From contig CM082588.2 in assembly GCA_040954595.2 (NCBI GenBank), positions 1,743,027 to 1,807,026 on the forward strand: a DNA stretch of 64,000 bases, given 5' to 3'. Position 1 is the stretch's first letter. Each line of letters opens with the position of its first letter. Origin of the DNA: Balanoglossus misakiensis. Taxonomy: Eukaryota; Animalia; Hemichordata. Made by a program: the position numbers and the translations under genes. Of this stretch, positions 40,455 to 53,300 are shown in pieces. The notes below the pieces were generated by a model. That model had not been told where the DNA came from and searched no databases. It saw only the letters and a program-made list of their open reading frames with translations.

Positions 40455-43318
40455 ATGAGCAAGCAAGACACAAACCAAAGCATCTTACGCGGAAAACTTA
40501 GAGTTCCGTACCACTGCATATCAATTGGTAAGTACGTTTGTCCACACTTACAGGTGCGATATATGTTTCAAAGTTTCAGCGATGTAAAGACATCATTTTG
40601 GCTTTAAACAGACTTGCATGCTTCCACTTTGTTTTGGTCTCAGCCAACTTGACCGACTCAAGATTATTTCATTTCATATTTTGTTACGATCATCATTTTT
40701 GTTCAAAATATGTATTTTAGATGTTCCCATGAGAACAAGCAACGGGTATTAATCAATTCACGGTGAATAACAAAAGAAAATCATATTACGATTATTACAT
40801 AATCGCAATACCATGAAATTTTATACAACCACGGGTCAATTTTTCAAAAAAGTAATTGTACATCAAAGTGTTCAAGTGAACAAAACTCAGTTCGAATCCG
40901 TAGTTTGGCCTTGAAATGTATTACTTATGTCAATTGTTTGCGCTCTGACTCTATTTCTACAGTGCGGCTATTTTGGAAAACATAAAATATTTTCATATGC
41001 AAACATAGAAAAATTAAAACACTAAAAATAATGAATTTATAAATAAAGGTATATAGGTTCTTCTGCCCTTACTACAAGTTGCGGGCGGGCAACAGGTATA
41101 CATGTATATCTATCACAAGGTCTCTCACTCCCAGGGGAGACAATTTAGTTTCTTCGAACATGAAGTCACCCCACTTCTCTGTTCAGAACTATTAAGCCCA
41201 ACGTGGTGAGAAAGTTACAGCAGCGACGAAATTAGCTGTGCTGATCGTAATTTTAGCTCTTTGCGTCACTTTGTGTGTCCATAAATATAAGCGAGTTAGA
41301 ACTCGTCACGATAATAAAAAACTATCCCTTGGCAAGCGCCATGACATGTCCGTATGATAATATTTATTTTCTTGAAAATTTAAGATTTAAACTTTAAATA
41401 TTATAGATGCAACGTTGACAGATGCTTTGGCCGCCATGAGACAATGTATAAGTCCAACAGAAGACAGACAGAAACTTGTAGAAGCCCTGCAGCAACTGTG
41501 GACAACTCCAGACAACAGAAATCATGTTCTTCCATGTCTCTGTGTGAGAACTGCCCTTGATCTCTATCTCCGTGTGATGAAGTATCCCCCGGGCTCAGAA
41601 ATCATTATGTCTGGGATCAACATCCCGGACATGGTTACCGTCGTCCGTCACCATGGCATCCAGATTGTGCCAATAGATGTCAACATGGACACACTTTCTC
41701 CTAAGGTTGAAATCCTGGAAAGCTTGATATCGGAAAGAACGGTTGCCATTCTCGTGGCGCACATATACGGAAAGTGGTTTGACATGAGCGAGATCGTGAC
41801 AATCGCTCACAAGCATCGGCTGCACGTTTTAGAAGACTGCGCACAAGCCTTCCGCGGTTTATCCCACATCGGGCACCCCGATTCTGATCTCTGCCTGTTT
41901 AGTTTTGGAATCCTCAAATTTTATTCAGCATTTGGAGGAGGCATCGTGAAAATCAAAGACAGGAAACTATATCAGGCAATGAATGATATGTATCAAACCT
42001 ACCCAGTCCAGACAAACTCTGAATATTTCAAGAAAGTTATCAAGTATGCAGCCTTGATATATCTGATGAATGCCAGTGAGTTGAGAACCGCGCTCACTAT
42101 CTTTCTTTTGAACTTTTTCAACCCTGACTACAAGCAATCATTTGGAAAGATGTTGAGGGGATTTCCAAAAGACCTTATTGTGAATATTCGCCATCAACCG
42201 TCAACGCCATTGCTCTACATGGTGTACAAAAGTTAAGTATTTTTAGACACGTAACATTCAGTGCGAATATGAAATTAAAGGCCGACGATCGTCATATATG
42301 CGCATGAGCGTAAGTTCGTGTGTACAAATATTATACGCATTCCCAATGTTCTGCAAATTTTGTGTTCGACGGATTCAAAAAATGGACTGCCTTCGCTACC
42401 TTATATATTTTATGCGCACCGTATACAGTAGACTGAAGTGTTGTCACTTCTTTTCACTGACGATGACTCTTATTTCTGGCAACAGGATCACCAGTTTAGA
42501 CGGACGACATCCGATTGAAGGCAAAATAAAAGGTGATTATATGACGCAGAGACTACCAAGTTCAGTTGGTGCACTGGGCCTGAATGCACCAGTTCAAAAC
42601 TATTGGTTATTTCCAGTTCTTGTGGTAAGTTGTCTGGCTATTGTTCGGCTATTAATTGTCATTTAAACCAGTACATAGTACGACGATATCATATTAAATT
42701 TTATGGGGATTGTTTAAAGGGACTGGAGCTAGAGAAGCGCCCCCAAGAGGGCCGTTGACAGAAAAAAACGCCAGCCTTTGCTTCCCCAGAGGGCGTCGTC
42801 AATGAGAGTTTTCAACAAAAGTTTAACCAAATTTAGGCAAAACAGTGTCTTTGTACATTGATATCAACGTAACTTAATTTTGGCTTAAGGATGCATATGC
42901 AATGCTGGACTGCTGTTGGTACAAATTACATTCATGTTTGGTTTATACATCTCCCTCACAGAAAAATCCCACAGAAGTCTGCAAAGAGTTGAACAACATT
43001 GGCGTAGAAGCGGTCGTCACTGGTGCGACCTCCCTCAGAGTGATAGAACCATGTGACAGCAGTAAATCCACGAAACAACACACAAACCCACAACACTACC
43101 CGCATGAAGCAAAGTTTTTTATGGATCACATGATATATCTACCAGTTCACAAGCGTGTGTCGTACCGTAACTTAGACAGGCTAGTCTTGGCTCTGCAGCT
43201 TGTCTTAAATAAACTGACTCATCCTAAATTCACAAAACCCTCCTTTGAAACAAAGCAACCATGTGTTGATGATTCACAGGTTGAGTATAATTCCATACCC
43301 TCCAAAAGTAAATTATAG
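40455..43318 (+). CDS. DegT/DnrJ/EryC1/StrS-like PLP-dependent aminotransferase, paralogue 2, ~464 aa if spliced like copy 1, C-terminal SKL; possibly splice-defective
   Basis: Exons 40455-40527, 41407-42232, 42486-42624, 42962-43318 have the same phases as copy 1 and near-identical lengths (73/826/139/357 vs 73/826/139/354). Motifs EDCAQA and SFGILK; the protein ends SIPSKSKL. The intron-2 donor reads AG|TTAAGT instead of GTAAGT. Confidence 0.78.
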
Positions 43319-44298
43319 ATTCTACCATAGATTGTCATAGCGAAAGCAAAGCATTCAGTGTTACACAAATTGAATAATGGGTACATTTTATTTCTGGATA
43401 AAAGGCAGAAAAGAGGAACAACCATGTAAACCTCCAAGAATTTTTGACATTATTTATCAAATAATTTATTAAAAAGTTTAAATAAGTTAGGTAGCACCTG
43501 AGAAAATAAAAACAAGGAAAAAAAGAATGGGTGAAAAATTATTGAAATTATTATTGAAGTTTCCAACAACACAACATAAAATCACCAGATATATATACAT
43601 CAAAATTAACAACCAAAAACACAAAATATTCAATTAAAACACCAGTGTTCTCCAAAATATTATTTGCTTTCAATTCTATGGCACACAATGTACAATTAGT
43701 CTTATAATTTTGACCATATTCACGATAAAATTGCAAAAAATTCAATACTGAGAAAACTATATATCTCTCAAGCTGTACTTTTAGCAATGACCAAAAGAGC
43801 ATTTAAAATTCTACATTTTAAAAATTCTTTTAAGTTATACAGGCACGTTTTAGGAATATTTAAAAAGTATTTAAATATTAAAAGAGTCCATGCACTTACA
43901 TTACAAGTGGCGACGGACATCACAGTGATAATAAATTTTGATACTTTCAAATTTCTGTTTGACTTCTTAAGGCACCTTTCATCTATTTGGCAGGTTTTGA
44001 CGTGGTTTAGTACCAAGTTTTTTCGCAACAGGCAATATAAAATTTGTTTATGTAATATTATGAAAATGTCAAATCTATTTTCACTTACTTGATAAATGGT
44101 AGTAAGGTTCAAGCAACGATATGTATGTGCAATTTGTGTATTCTTCTGATCTCTTACTTTTTAAGGCACTTCATCAGATTTGGAAGACTTCTAATAAACA
44201 ATACAACTTTGCACATTTCACGTTTGTTGCATGGTTAATGTCTAAAACGATGATCTGGACTGGTAGATCTTGATGGTAGCAGCATAGTATGTGAGAGC

Positions 44299-44300
<2 letters not shown>

Positions 44301-44360
<60 letters not shown>
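44301..44360. repeat. (GA)30 microsatellite in the Tiam/sif 3'UTR
   Basis: Pure GA run lying 26 bp beyond the stop codon of the minus-strand gene. Confidence 0.97.
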
Positions 44361-44369
<9 letters not shown>

Positions 44370-44386
44370 GGTCTAAGCACACATGG

Positions 44387-47300
44387 TCAACAGTCGGTCT
44401 GTTCTTCGTCTAATATTGCATCCACAAGTGAATTCTCCACTTTGACGGCTGGAGTCATGGACCTGCCATTTGCAACTCCATCCATCTTCTTGGTATTGCT
44501 TCTAAACACATGCTCTTCACTGACAAACACCATGTTGTCATAATCAGCTCCAATTTCAGCAGTTTCATTGTTTTCTGTCGGCATGGCTACCGTTTCTCTG
44601 ACATTGTCGTAACTTTCCCCAATGCAGTTCTCCTTGTAGCCCCTTGAATTTGTGTTCGGCACATTCGAACTCGAAGTCACAGCGTTCGAAAATTCTCTTG
44701 ATGCAGCCTTGATGCTGTTAGTCCGCTCATTAACATATTCATCAGTGTCCCTGACAGACACTTCTTGTGATTGGTGCTCAGGTCCCTGACCAACACCCAC
44801 ATCACTCTGATAGGCAGCTTGGTCATCTGATCTGATGACTTTATCCTTCTCATCAGCATGTTCATTTTCAGATTTTGTTTCACTTTCTTGCTGTGTTTTT
44901 CGCTCGACGGGAGGCGTCCCAAATGGACGTCTTCGCAACCTCCTTGTTGGCTTTGTGAGACCTTCAAAGCGTTTACCACCGTATGGTGTGTAAGTTTTAG
45001 GTTTTCCTACGGGCTGCTTGACTGACGGTGAGGTTGTGGGTGTACTATTTCTGTATCGGTTGTAGTCTCGGATAATCTGACGAATGGCTTTCAGGAATGC
45101 ATTTTTATCTTCGGACGTACTGCAAATGAAAGAAAAAAATCTGTGTCACCATAGCATCGTAGTGAACATGAAACATGAAGCTTGAGGGCGCTCTCAAGAT
45201 CCCTGTCTCAATATACCGGTAATCCCTGCATGAGAGTTAGGCGTGTACTTACTTGCAAGAGAGTTGAAATACTTTTTCTGGTCTTCCTTCTGTCGTTGAC
45301 TTCGAATGAACCACGTCCCACAGACACCTAAATTCTGTATCTATCGGATGAGAAAAAAATAGCTTTCAATTTGACGGAACACTGACTGACCAGTCAAAGT
45401 AGTTGGTTCCTGAAACTCAGCTGTGTCAAGTGAGCTTTAAGTAACAAATCAAACAAATAAAATACGTACCATTTGTTGGACTATTCCTGACCTGCAGTGC
45501 TGGCACAGGTATGAGTCTCCTGTAACGCACTACTTCATCCCGGATTATGGACGGCGAGGACGAACCCCGCACGCTGTGCTGCACCGACCCTTTGCCTTTC
45601 CGTTTCACCTTCTCCTTGCAAAGAACAACCACTGCCAGCCGGAAAACTGTGCCGTGCAAAAGCGCCATCAAAGACGTGTGAGAACTCCATGGCACGAAAA
45701 ATCTTGTGTCGAGATCAGCATCTTCTACTAAAAGACCGTTGAATTTGTTTCTTCCCAAAGGATTTCACTACATTCAAGTAGCATGGTCTCTGTCAATGTG
45801 CTAATCAACTAGTGTTTCACATTTTTCATTTACGCGCAAAACTGCATGTTTTTGTGTGTTTTGATCATATCCAAAAGAATAATATCACAATTCACATTCG
45901 GAAATAATTACAGTACATTACATTTCACTATACATGTACTGATAATACATCCTTAATTTTCTTTGCCCACTGCAATGGTATTAAAAACTGCAAGACACTT
46001 ACCGAAGACAATGACCTGCGGTTCCATTCCCTTTTTCACTTTCCCAAGATCCTCCATGGAGTTCAACCATATGGCATTTCCGTACATCACCATATCATCC
46101 ATTGCCAAGTCTGGCACCTAAAAGGGAGAAGTCAAAATTCAATTAATTTAATCTACACTAAAGGCAAAAAGTTCCTTGGTGCAATAGTTTGACACTAGAC
46201 ACTGTTGTGGATGGGTGTGGTCATGTAACATGTATTTTTCAAAAATAATTGTGTGTGAGTGCGTTGGGAGGGGATTATTTTTTCCATTTCAGTGATTTTT
46301 TTAATTTTAGTACACAACATGCACTATCAGAAATTTGCCGTAAGGTACATTACCCGGTAAATTCCTTAGAAAAATTGTTAAATTATATATGACTCAAACG
46401 TTTATGTACTTAGGAGTGTGAATGCATGCATTGGGTGTGACAATGGAAGGTGTGGTTCCCAATGGCTCTTGCCAACAGCAGAATCATTTATCACATGCAC
46501 CTTAGAGTATCATTCAGTCACAGGCTTTATAAAGTGAACAGGCAGTAAGTTGGTTGGTTGACTTAAACCCTTCACCACCACAGTTTGGTTCAATGCATGG
46601 TTTTCAATCATGCAGGGTGAACTCAATACTGGTAGTATGTGATATGTTACTGCATGGTCATGCCAAAAAACCTATAACATCTTCTCTGAATATCATGTAC
46701 ATGTACTGATCATGTATAAGTCTCTCATGGAATATATATGGCACTGGGAGATGGCAGTGTAGTAATATTTGTGTGGTGTTAGTAATGAAATAAGAGAATA
46801 CCAGAAAAAGAGATAAATAATCAAAGTAGGAGCAAAAGAAAACTTGCCTTATCTCCACCGTGCTAAATCAGAAAAGTTCAGGTCAAGAAAGAATAATAAA
46901 AAAGACAACAGACACAGAACAGAGAAAAAAGGGAAAAGATATTTCCATTTAGATAGGATATCAAAGACGAAATATTAATTAAAAACATAGAAAAACAGAA
47001 AGCATATAAAATAATCTAAACGAAGAGTACATAGTAGAATTACAAGTAAAACAGTTTCAATAATTATATTATATTGTGTGTTTTTGTTGAAGATAGAGGG
47101 AAAAAGAGGAGGGGAATTGAATGAGGAACAGAGTTGGAATCTGGAGGGACGTAGGTGGGCAGGGGATGAGGGGAGGGGGAGGGAGAATATACCGCAAACA
47201 AAGGGGAAAAAAAGCTCTTGAATCTTCACATACCTCTCTCTTCAGGTAGTACTGGTCTTGAATCAAGGCGTCAAATATTTCACCAAATTCTTCATGAATT

Positions 47301-50300
47301 TTCATCATATCATTGATATGCTCAGCCACTTTTTCCATTCCTTTCAATGCCTCCGCAATGTGGTAATGTTCATCACTGTCCGGATCAGTATGGGCTTTCA
47401 GTTCTCTCAACAGCAGTGGGTATTTTAGAACCCTCTGTGGGGAAAATATGAGAACAAATGTGCTTAAAAATGTCATCGACATTATAGCTGCTTTCTGTAA
47501 TACAAATACATGTAACGTGTTTGTACAAGGAAATTTCTAGTTTTACTTCCAAAAGTTGAGCACAGAAAGCTCTTCACAACTTCTCACACATCAAATAAAC
47601 CTACCTGTATTGGTTTGATAAGGTAAGAACTCAATGAGGAGGCATGCTGGTGTTTTGGATTACGAGCTTCTAGGAACTGTTGCAAGCCCTTGTTGCCCTT
47701 GGCCGGGTGCAGGATCTTCTGGGCTTTGCTGTGGCTGGCACAGAACGTGCTGTAAAGCTTGAAGTGGTCAACGTAGAACAGAAATGAACCCCCGATCGAG
47801 AAGAGTACTCTCTGTGAAGAAATGAAAAGAATGTAGAATTAATTTATATCGGTACTGGTACTTATAGGGATTGTAGTATTACATGGTGCACTAAAGTCTG
47901 AGGGAAAAAAATTGTTTAGACACTTACTCTGAATTCAGACGCCAACTCTATGGTGTAGAAATTCTGTTCCAGTTCGATAGCTTCTTCCAGACTGCGTAGG
48001 AACATTTCCTGGAATGTCACAATGTCCTTGATATTGCCGAACAACGCATCCAGCTGTGACGGAAGAAAAATATGCACAATAAATTAAAAAACTGAATGGA
48101 AGTCGACTAAAATGTATACATGTATGATAATGCAAATATATATTTGTTTATGCAAAAATCAACAATAAAAACTGTGATCGTGTGAAACTTGTAATACATA
48201 AAAATGGGTGTATATTAACACAAAGTGTGTTGAACTAACCTCATCAGCTGTTAGAAATGTCTCATTCTGCAGAGGCTCCAGGTATCGCAACATCAAACAG
48301 TTCAGATCTTTCACATAAGATCTCTCTGTATTAATCAGTTCCAGCATAACTTTCCGTATTTTGTGTGCCAGAGAAACATGCTTGGTTGACATTTCCAGCT
48401 TCTCTTCGATCTCCTTAAATCCATCCATCTCTAAAGTGTCCTTAATTGTGAGTTTCCGACAGAATGCTGTCACTTGCTCCGCATTTTGCAGGAGAGCGTC
48501 GATCTGCTCATTGGTGAGTTCTGGAAATTCAAAGTCGGGTGAAATTTCCGGAACGGGTCCGTCTGTGATTCGCCGTGATGTGCGGAGTCTGTCTGGACTG
48601 TTGCTGTCATCAAACTCTGAAAGGTCAAAAGTCAAACTTCAGAGATCAAAATAAATCAAAAGGCTTCATATTTTTACAAGATTTACATGAAGAACTACCA
48701 GTGCTGAATGAAGACACTAGATATCACTGCATGGACAATGTTCTTTCATGGACAATGTTCTTTCTAAACCAGTGCTCAATGATATCTTCCGTACTCGAAA
48801 ACGGAAGCTTAGCTGGTCCCCAATCTAAATCAAAGCTGCACATTGACCTGTGATTATGCCAAACAACACAATACACTGATAATGGCATCATTGCAAATCA
48901 TGTCAACTTAATAAGTTGACGTGATGTGTTTCATCTAATAGCTGCAAAAACTCATTATCCACGAAAATCAGAGTTCCCTGTGTGTGACTGTTTCGCTATT
49001 CACCGTGTCGGAAGAAAAGAATCTCTTCCGATGAAGGAATCTAACTCACCACTCGGAGCCGGAACTATCAAATCATCGATCAGGTTATCGCTGATCCTAA
49101 ACTGCGTTGGAGGTGGTGGGAGTGTCAGCTGATCAATGTATTGGTCTGTCTCCTTGGCGATCTCCGACTGGATGTACACTTTGCGACATGACCTCACAGT
49201 CAAGGTCAAAGCCGTCTCCTGCTGCGTCAACTGTTCAATGTAAAGCATGTCCAGATCACATACGACTTTGCCGTTGATGACTAGAAGTTCATCACCAACT
49301 TGAAGATCTAGTGAAAAAAGCAATCATAACAATATCAAAAATAATATAATGGGAATTTGTTTATTCAAATCTGGAAATCTTGGTCTAATCTCCCCAACAG
49401 ACCCAGCCATATTGGAACTACAAACAAAACAAAATCCAATACCTTGATGGTACGCCAGTCCAGCTGGCTGTATTTCACTTATAAAGACACACAACTGATC
49501 TTCTTCCTCAGAATCGTCACCAAGCTCAGCTTCAATGCTAAAACCTGAGCAAGAATAATAAAAAGATCGAATGGATATGTCAGTGAATTTGCCAAATAAA
49601 AAAAGTTGCTATGGTCACACAAAACATGTCGACGCCAACTGAATTACAAATTAAACAAAACACAGAGTTGCTTATCAACAGAACAATTTTATCCTGTCTT
49701 ATCATCACGTCACCACCATAGTTTGATGTTTTTTTATGTAATGATAAATTTGGATGTGCACACAGTAAACTGGGGGTGTAAGGTTATAAAATGGAGGGTA
49801 CTTTTCAGTGATATAATCAAGAAATAATAAACCCAACATACCAAATGTCATCATCGGATCATCAGTGTACTTGTACAACTCCACTTGGTGAATACTTTTC
49901 GCTAACACTTCGATTTCATCATACTCCTGAAATTACAAATGATTCACTATGATGTTTACTATTGTCTCTCATTCACCCATAATCTTAAAGTAGTAACATC
50001 TGTCTGGGAATGTTTTATCTGAACTTTTATCTGTGTAGAGATGACATCTTCATTCCTGAAGTGTCAAAATGTGTTGATACCACCCCTGTGCGTATGATCA
50101 TGATCATAACCACCAAATATTTGAATACTCACTTGTTTATCCATAAACAGATACTTGTCTGGTACATATTGCCTCACACCTGCAGTTGTAGATATCCTAA
50201 GTACAATGTAATAATTTTGATAATCCATCTGGCGTTTCTGCAATAAAATTGCATGCAAGATTCATCATTAGAATTACACCAGATTAAGTTGTGTATTATA

Positions 50301-53300
50301 ATAGCATTCATCAGCGGTCTTAAGAACCCATTAGTGTTCGGTATAGACAGGTTTCCAGATTACACAGGTTTGGTTTCACTGTACACAACATGCCCACAGG
50401 TGCAACTTACCATACAACAATTGTAAAGAACATCCTGGACCAACATCCCTGGTCTGATTTTGACCACTGTACTCTGATTGTCAGGGAGTGTGACTTTGGT
50501 CAGCATCCCCTCCCCTAGGTTCTCCCACACTGCTGTCCCTTCGGCTACCACCATTGGCTCAACATCATCATAGCTCTGTAAATGATCAAGAATCAACCAA
50601 TCACGATAAGTGTACTGTATAAGCTCACATGTTGAGAAAACTTTACACAAAACTTTCATTGCCGTCTTGTGGAAATTACCAATGCTGTAACTTTCAAAAA
50701 CAAGTTAAAAACAGTGAAAACACCATCATAGTTATTGGACAGAAAGTTAATAATCTTAGACTCAGTGTCTCATTCTATAGACTGCACGTTTTCTTCTGAG
50801 AATCCTTCAGCATTGTTTCAGCTTGTAGAATAGACCCTCTGGACACACTTACGTAACACCGAGAGCTGAAAAGGTAGCTACCTGAGAAAGTTGCATTGAC
50901 ATATTTGACATTGCCAGACAAATGGAAACAGGAATAGAGAACAGCTTTTGTTTTACGCCAAACCAGAATACCCTAACCATTGACGTTACAGACTGCCCAA
51001 TTTCATGTTTATTAAAAGGGAAGCACTCTCTGAAACCATGTTTTTTTTCTCAGTGAGGCACACACAATTCTGACAGTGATCAAAATTGATTTTTAGCTGG
51101 TTTTACCTGGCCAGGTTAACACTCTCAGGACAATGGTCTTAGTTTGTGTAAAGTATATCTGTCATGTTTGGACAAGAGATTTGGTGTCTCTGAAAAGAGA
51201 GTGCCTGGACTGAGGAAGCTACAGTTACTCTGTAACTGTTATCTTTGTGTGTTTTGACATTTCATGGTGCATTTCACAGAATTTGCATGTTATGGGTAAT
51301 TTGGTCATTTTACAACCTTTCATCCCTATTTCCCTGCACGTGGATCCACCCATTACCACTGAAAACAACAGGATTAGTCCAATCATCAACTTTCAGAGGT
51401 GAAAGCGTTATTTTTTCATATGAAGTCAAAGTTCTAAACGCATTGAAATATCAGTGTTTTTTTACAGCCAACATCCATGAGTGAAATTGACTTGTTAATT
51501 TTATTTAAGTTATAATATATCATTTGTGTTGGTTCATCATTGATATGGGAGAATTATTTTGTTATTTCATCAATAAATGAAACATACATGTCATAGTTGG
51601 TCTATTTCAGACAATCCCCCTTTCACTGTGCTTTTAGTGGTGACATTTTGCATTCAAGTTGTGGAATTTTGATGTCAGGTCGCTCTCTTTGATTGGTTGA
51701 TGAGGTCTATCACCTAGAGGGTGACAGATTCTGGACATTCCTCCACAAAGACACGTCCTGGTTTGAAATAATTCTGAACTGGACAGAAAATGACCTGGTG
51801 AATTCTCACTATGGGAAGAATTCTCATTTTTAGAATTTTTTATTTGGCAGGTGACATTTGAGTGTGGAATGCGTTTCCTTGACTATAGAAAATAACAAAC
51901 AAACGAGCAAACAAACAGACAGTGATTCTAGCTGTACACAACTGCACATACAAAATTGTCATAAGTGCTGAAAAATATTCAACACACTGATTAGCTGTAG
52001 GACACAATGGAAGAATCCCATGACGTCTTTCAAGAAATACTCACCAAATCACAACTATTATCAGTACTGTCAAGACTATTTGTCGTTTTCGATAGGTCAA
52101 CTTCTTCACAGTCTGGTATCCTGCAAAAAATGATATTTTGAATTTAATTATTTGTATTCAACTAGTATTAAAAGCATTTCTTTAACATTTCTTTTTAAAT
52201 CAATGAAACTCTGGAATGCCCTGGGGTGACCACTATTCAGTCCTTTCAGTACATTTACCTGAGTACAATGATTTAACCTCTGACACCAAAGGACACAAAA
52301 CCCTTAACTTGAGACCAGACTAAAATTACCAGAAAGACAATAGCAAAGTAGGAAATGTTTTCACTTGCTGAAGGCAGTGTTTGTAGTGTATATAGTTTCA
52401 CCCTTTCAATCAGAAACTGTTAGCAAACTTCAAATTATATGCCAGACAAAATTTTCACAGACACACCCACCAGTCTGAAGAAGAATCTGGTTCAAACAAT
52501 ATTTTCTTACATAACAACATAAAATAAATGAGGATTATAAATAAATTTTATGACCCATATTGCCAATGGCAACTTTTTGTCTACAGCCTTCAAAAATTTT
52601 AAAAATTTGTTTACAGGAAATAGAAGATTGTAAAATTACTTGTCAGCACATTTAAATAATATTTTGTGTCTGGGATGACAAGTAATTACTGTATGTGAAG
52701 GTGTAGTATGACGGTTAGCGGAGTGACCATGGTTTAACCACGTTTAACTTAAGCAGGAATATCACCTGAAATCTTGTAATGGTGAGGCTAATGTAGCAGA
52801 ATAGGTGAGGGCAAACAAAACATGTAATTACTGAAATGATGGTGATTTACTACATAAGCTTTTATGACATAACATGAAAAGTCCAGGATTACACTCATAT
52901 CTCAGTTGTCTGTTAAGGGCTGTAATCTTGCTTTAATCTTCTTTCAACTTTTTTTAATACCCATATGCAATGTCTACAGCCCTGATGCGATAATGGCAAC
53001 TTACATGTACGCCATTACTTCTTGCAATATTTGTGTCCTTTTTGTTGTCTATTTTACCTAACACACATCAGTCTTGAATTATCAGATGTTTTATATCAGC
53101 ATGACAATTACAAGAAAGATTTCCATGGCACATCAATTATTCATCTGCACTTTATCATTTTGTTTAAACGTGTACCTCGATTAGTATAACTGTCATGGTA
53201 GACACAGAAGAGTATCTTTAATCCAATCACAATTATTGACTCCCTATTAAACAGGTGGTTATATGTTTGACTGGATACTCACGATGAGTCAAGAGATTCA

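Noticed and set aside
36150-43318. Bacterial contamination as the source of the DegT-like genes
   Set aside because: Both genes have three spliceosomal introns at shared positions and are contiguous with animal genes.
48730-48763. 17-bp tandem duplication CATGGACAATGTTCTTT x2
   Set aside because: Isolated intronic slippage with no associated element.
50853-50881. Possible small Tiam exon ending at TAC|GTAAGT
   Set aside because: The 13- and 29-nt versions and the upstream ATG frame are not phase-compatible with the flanking phase-0 junction.
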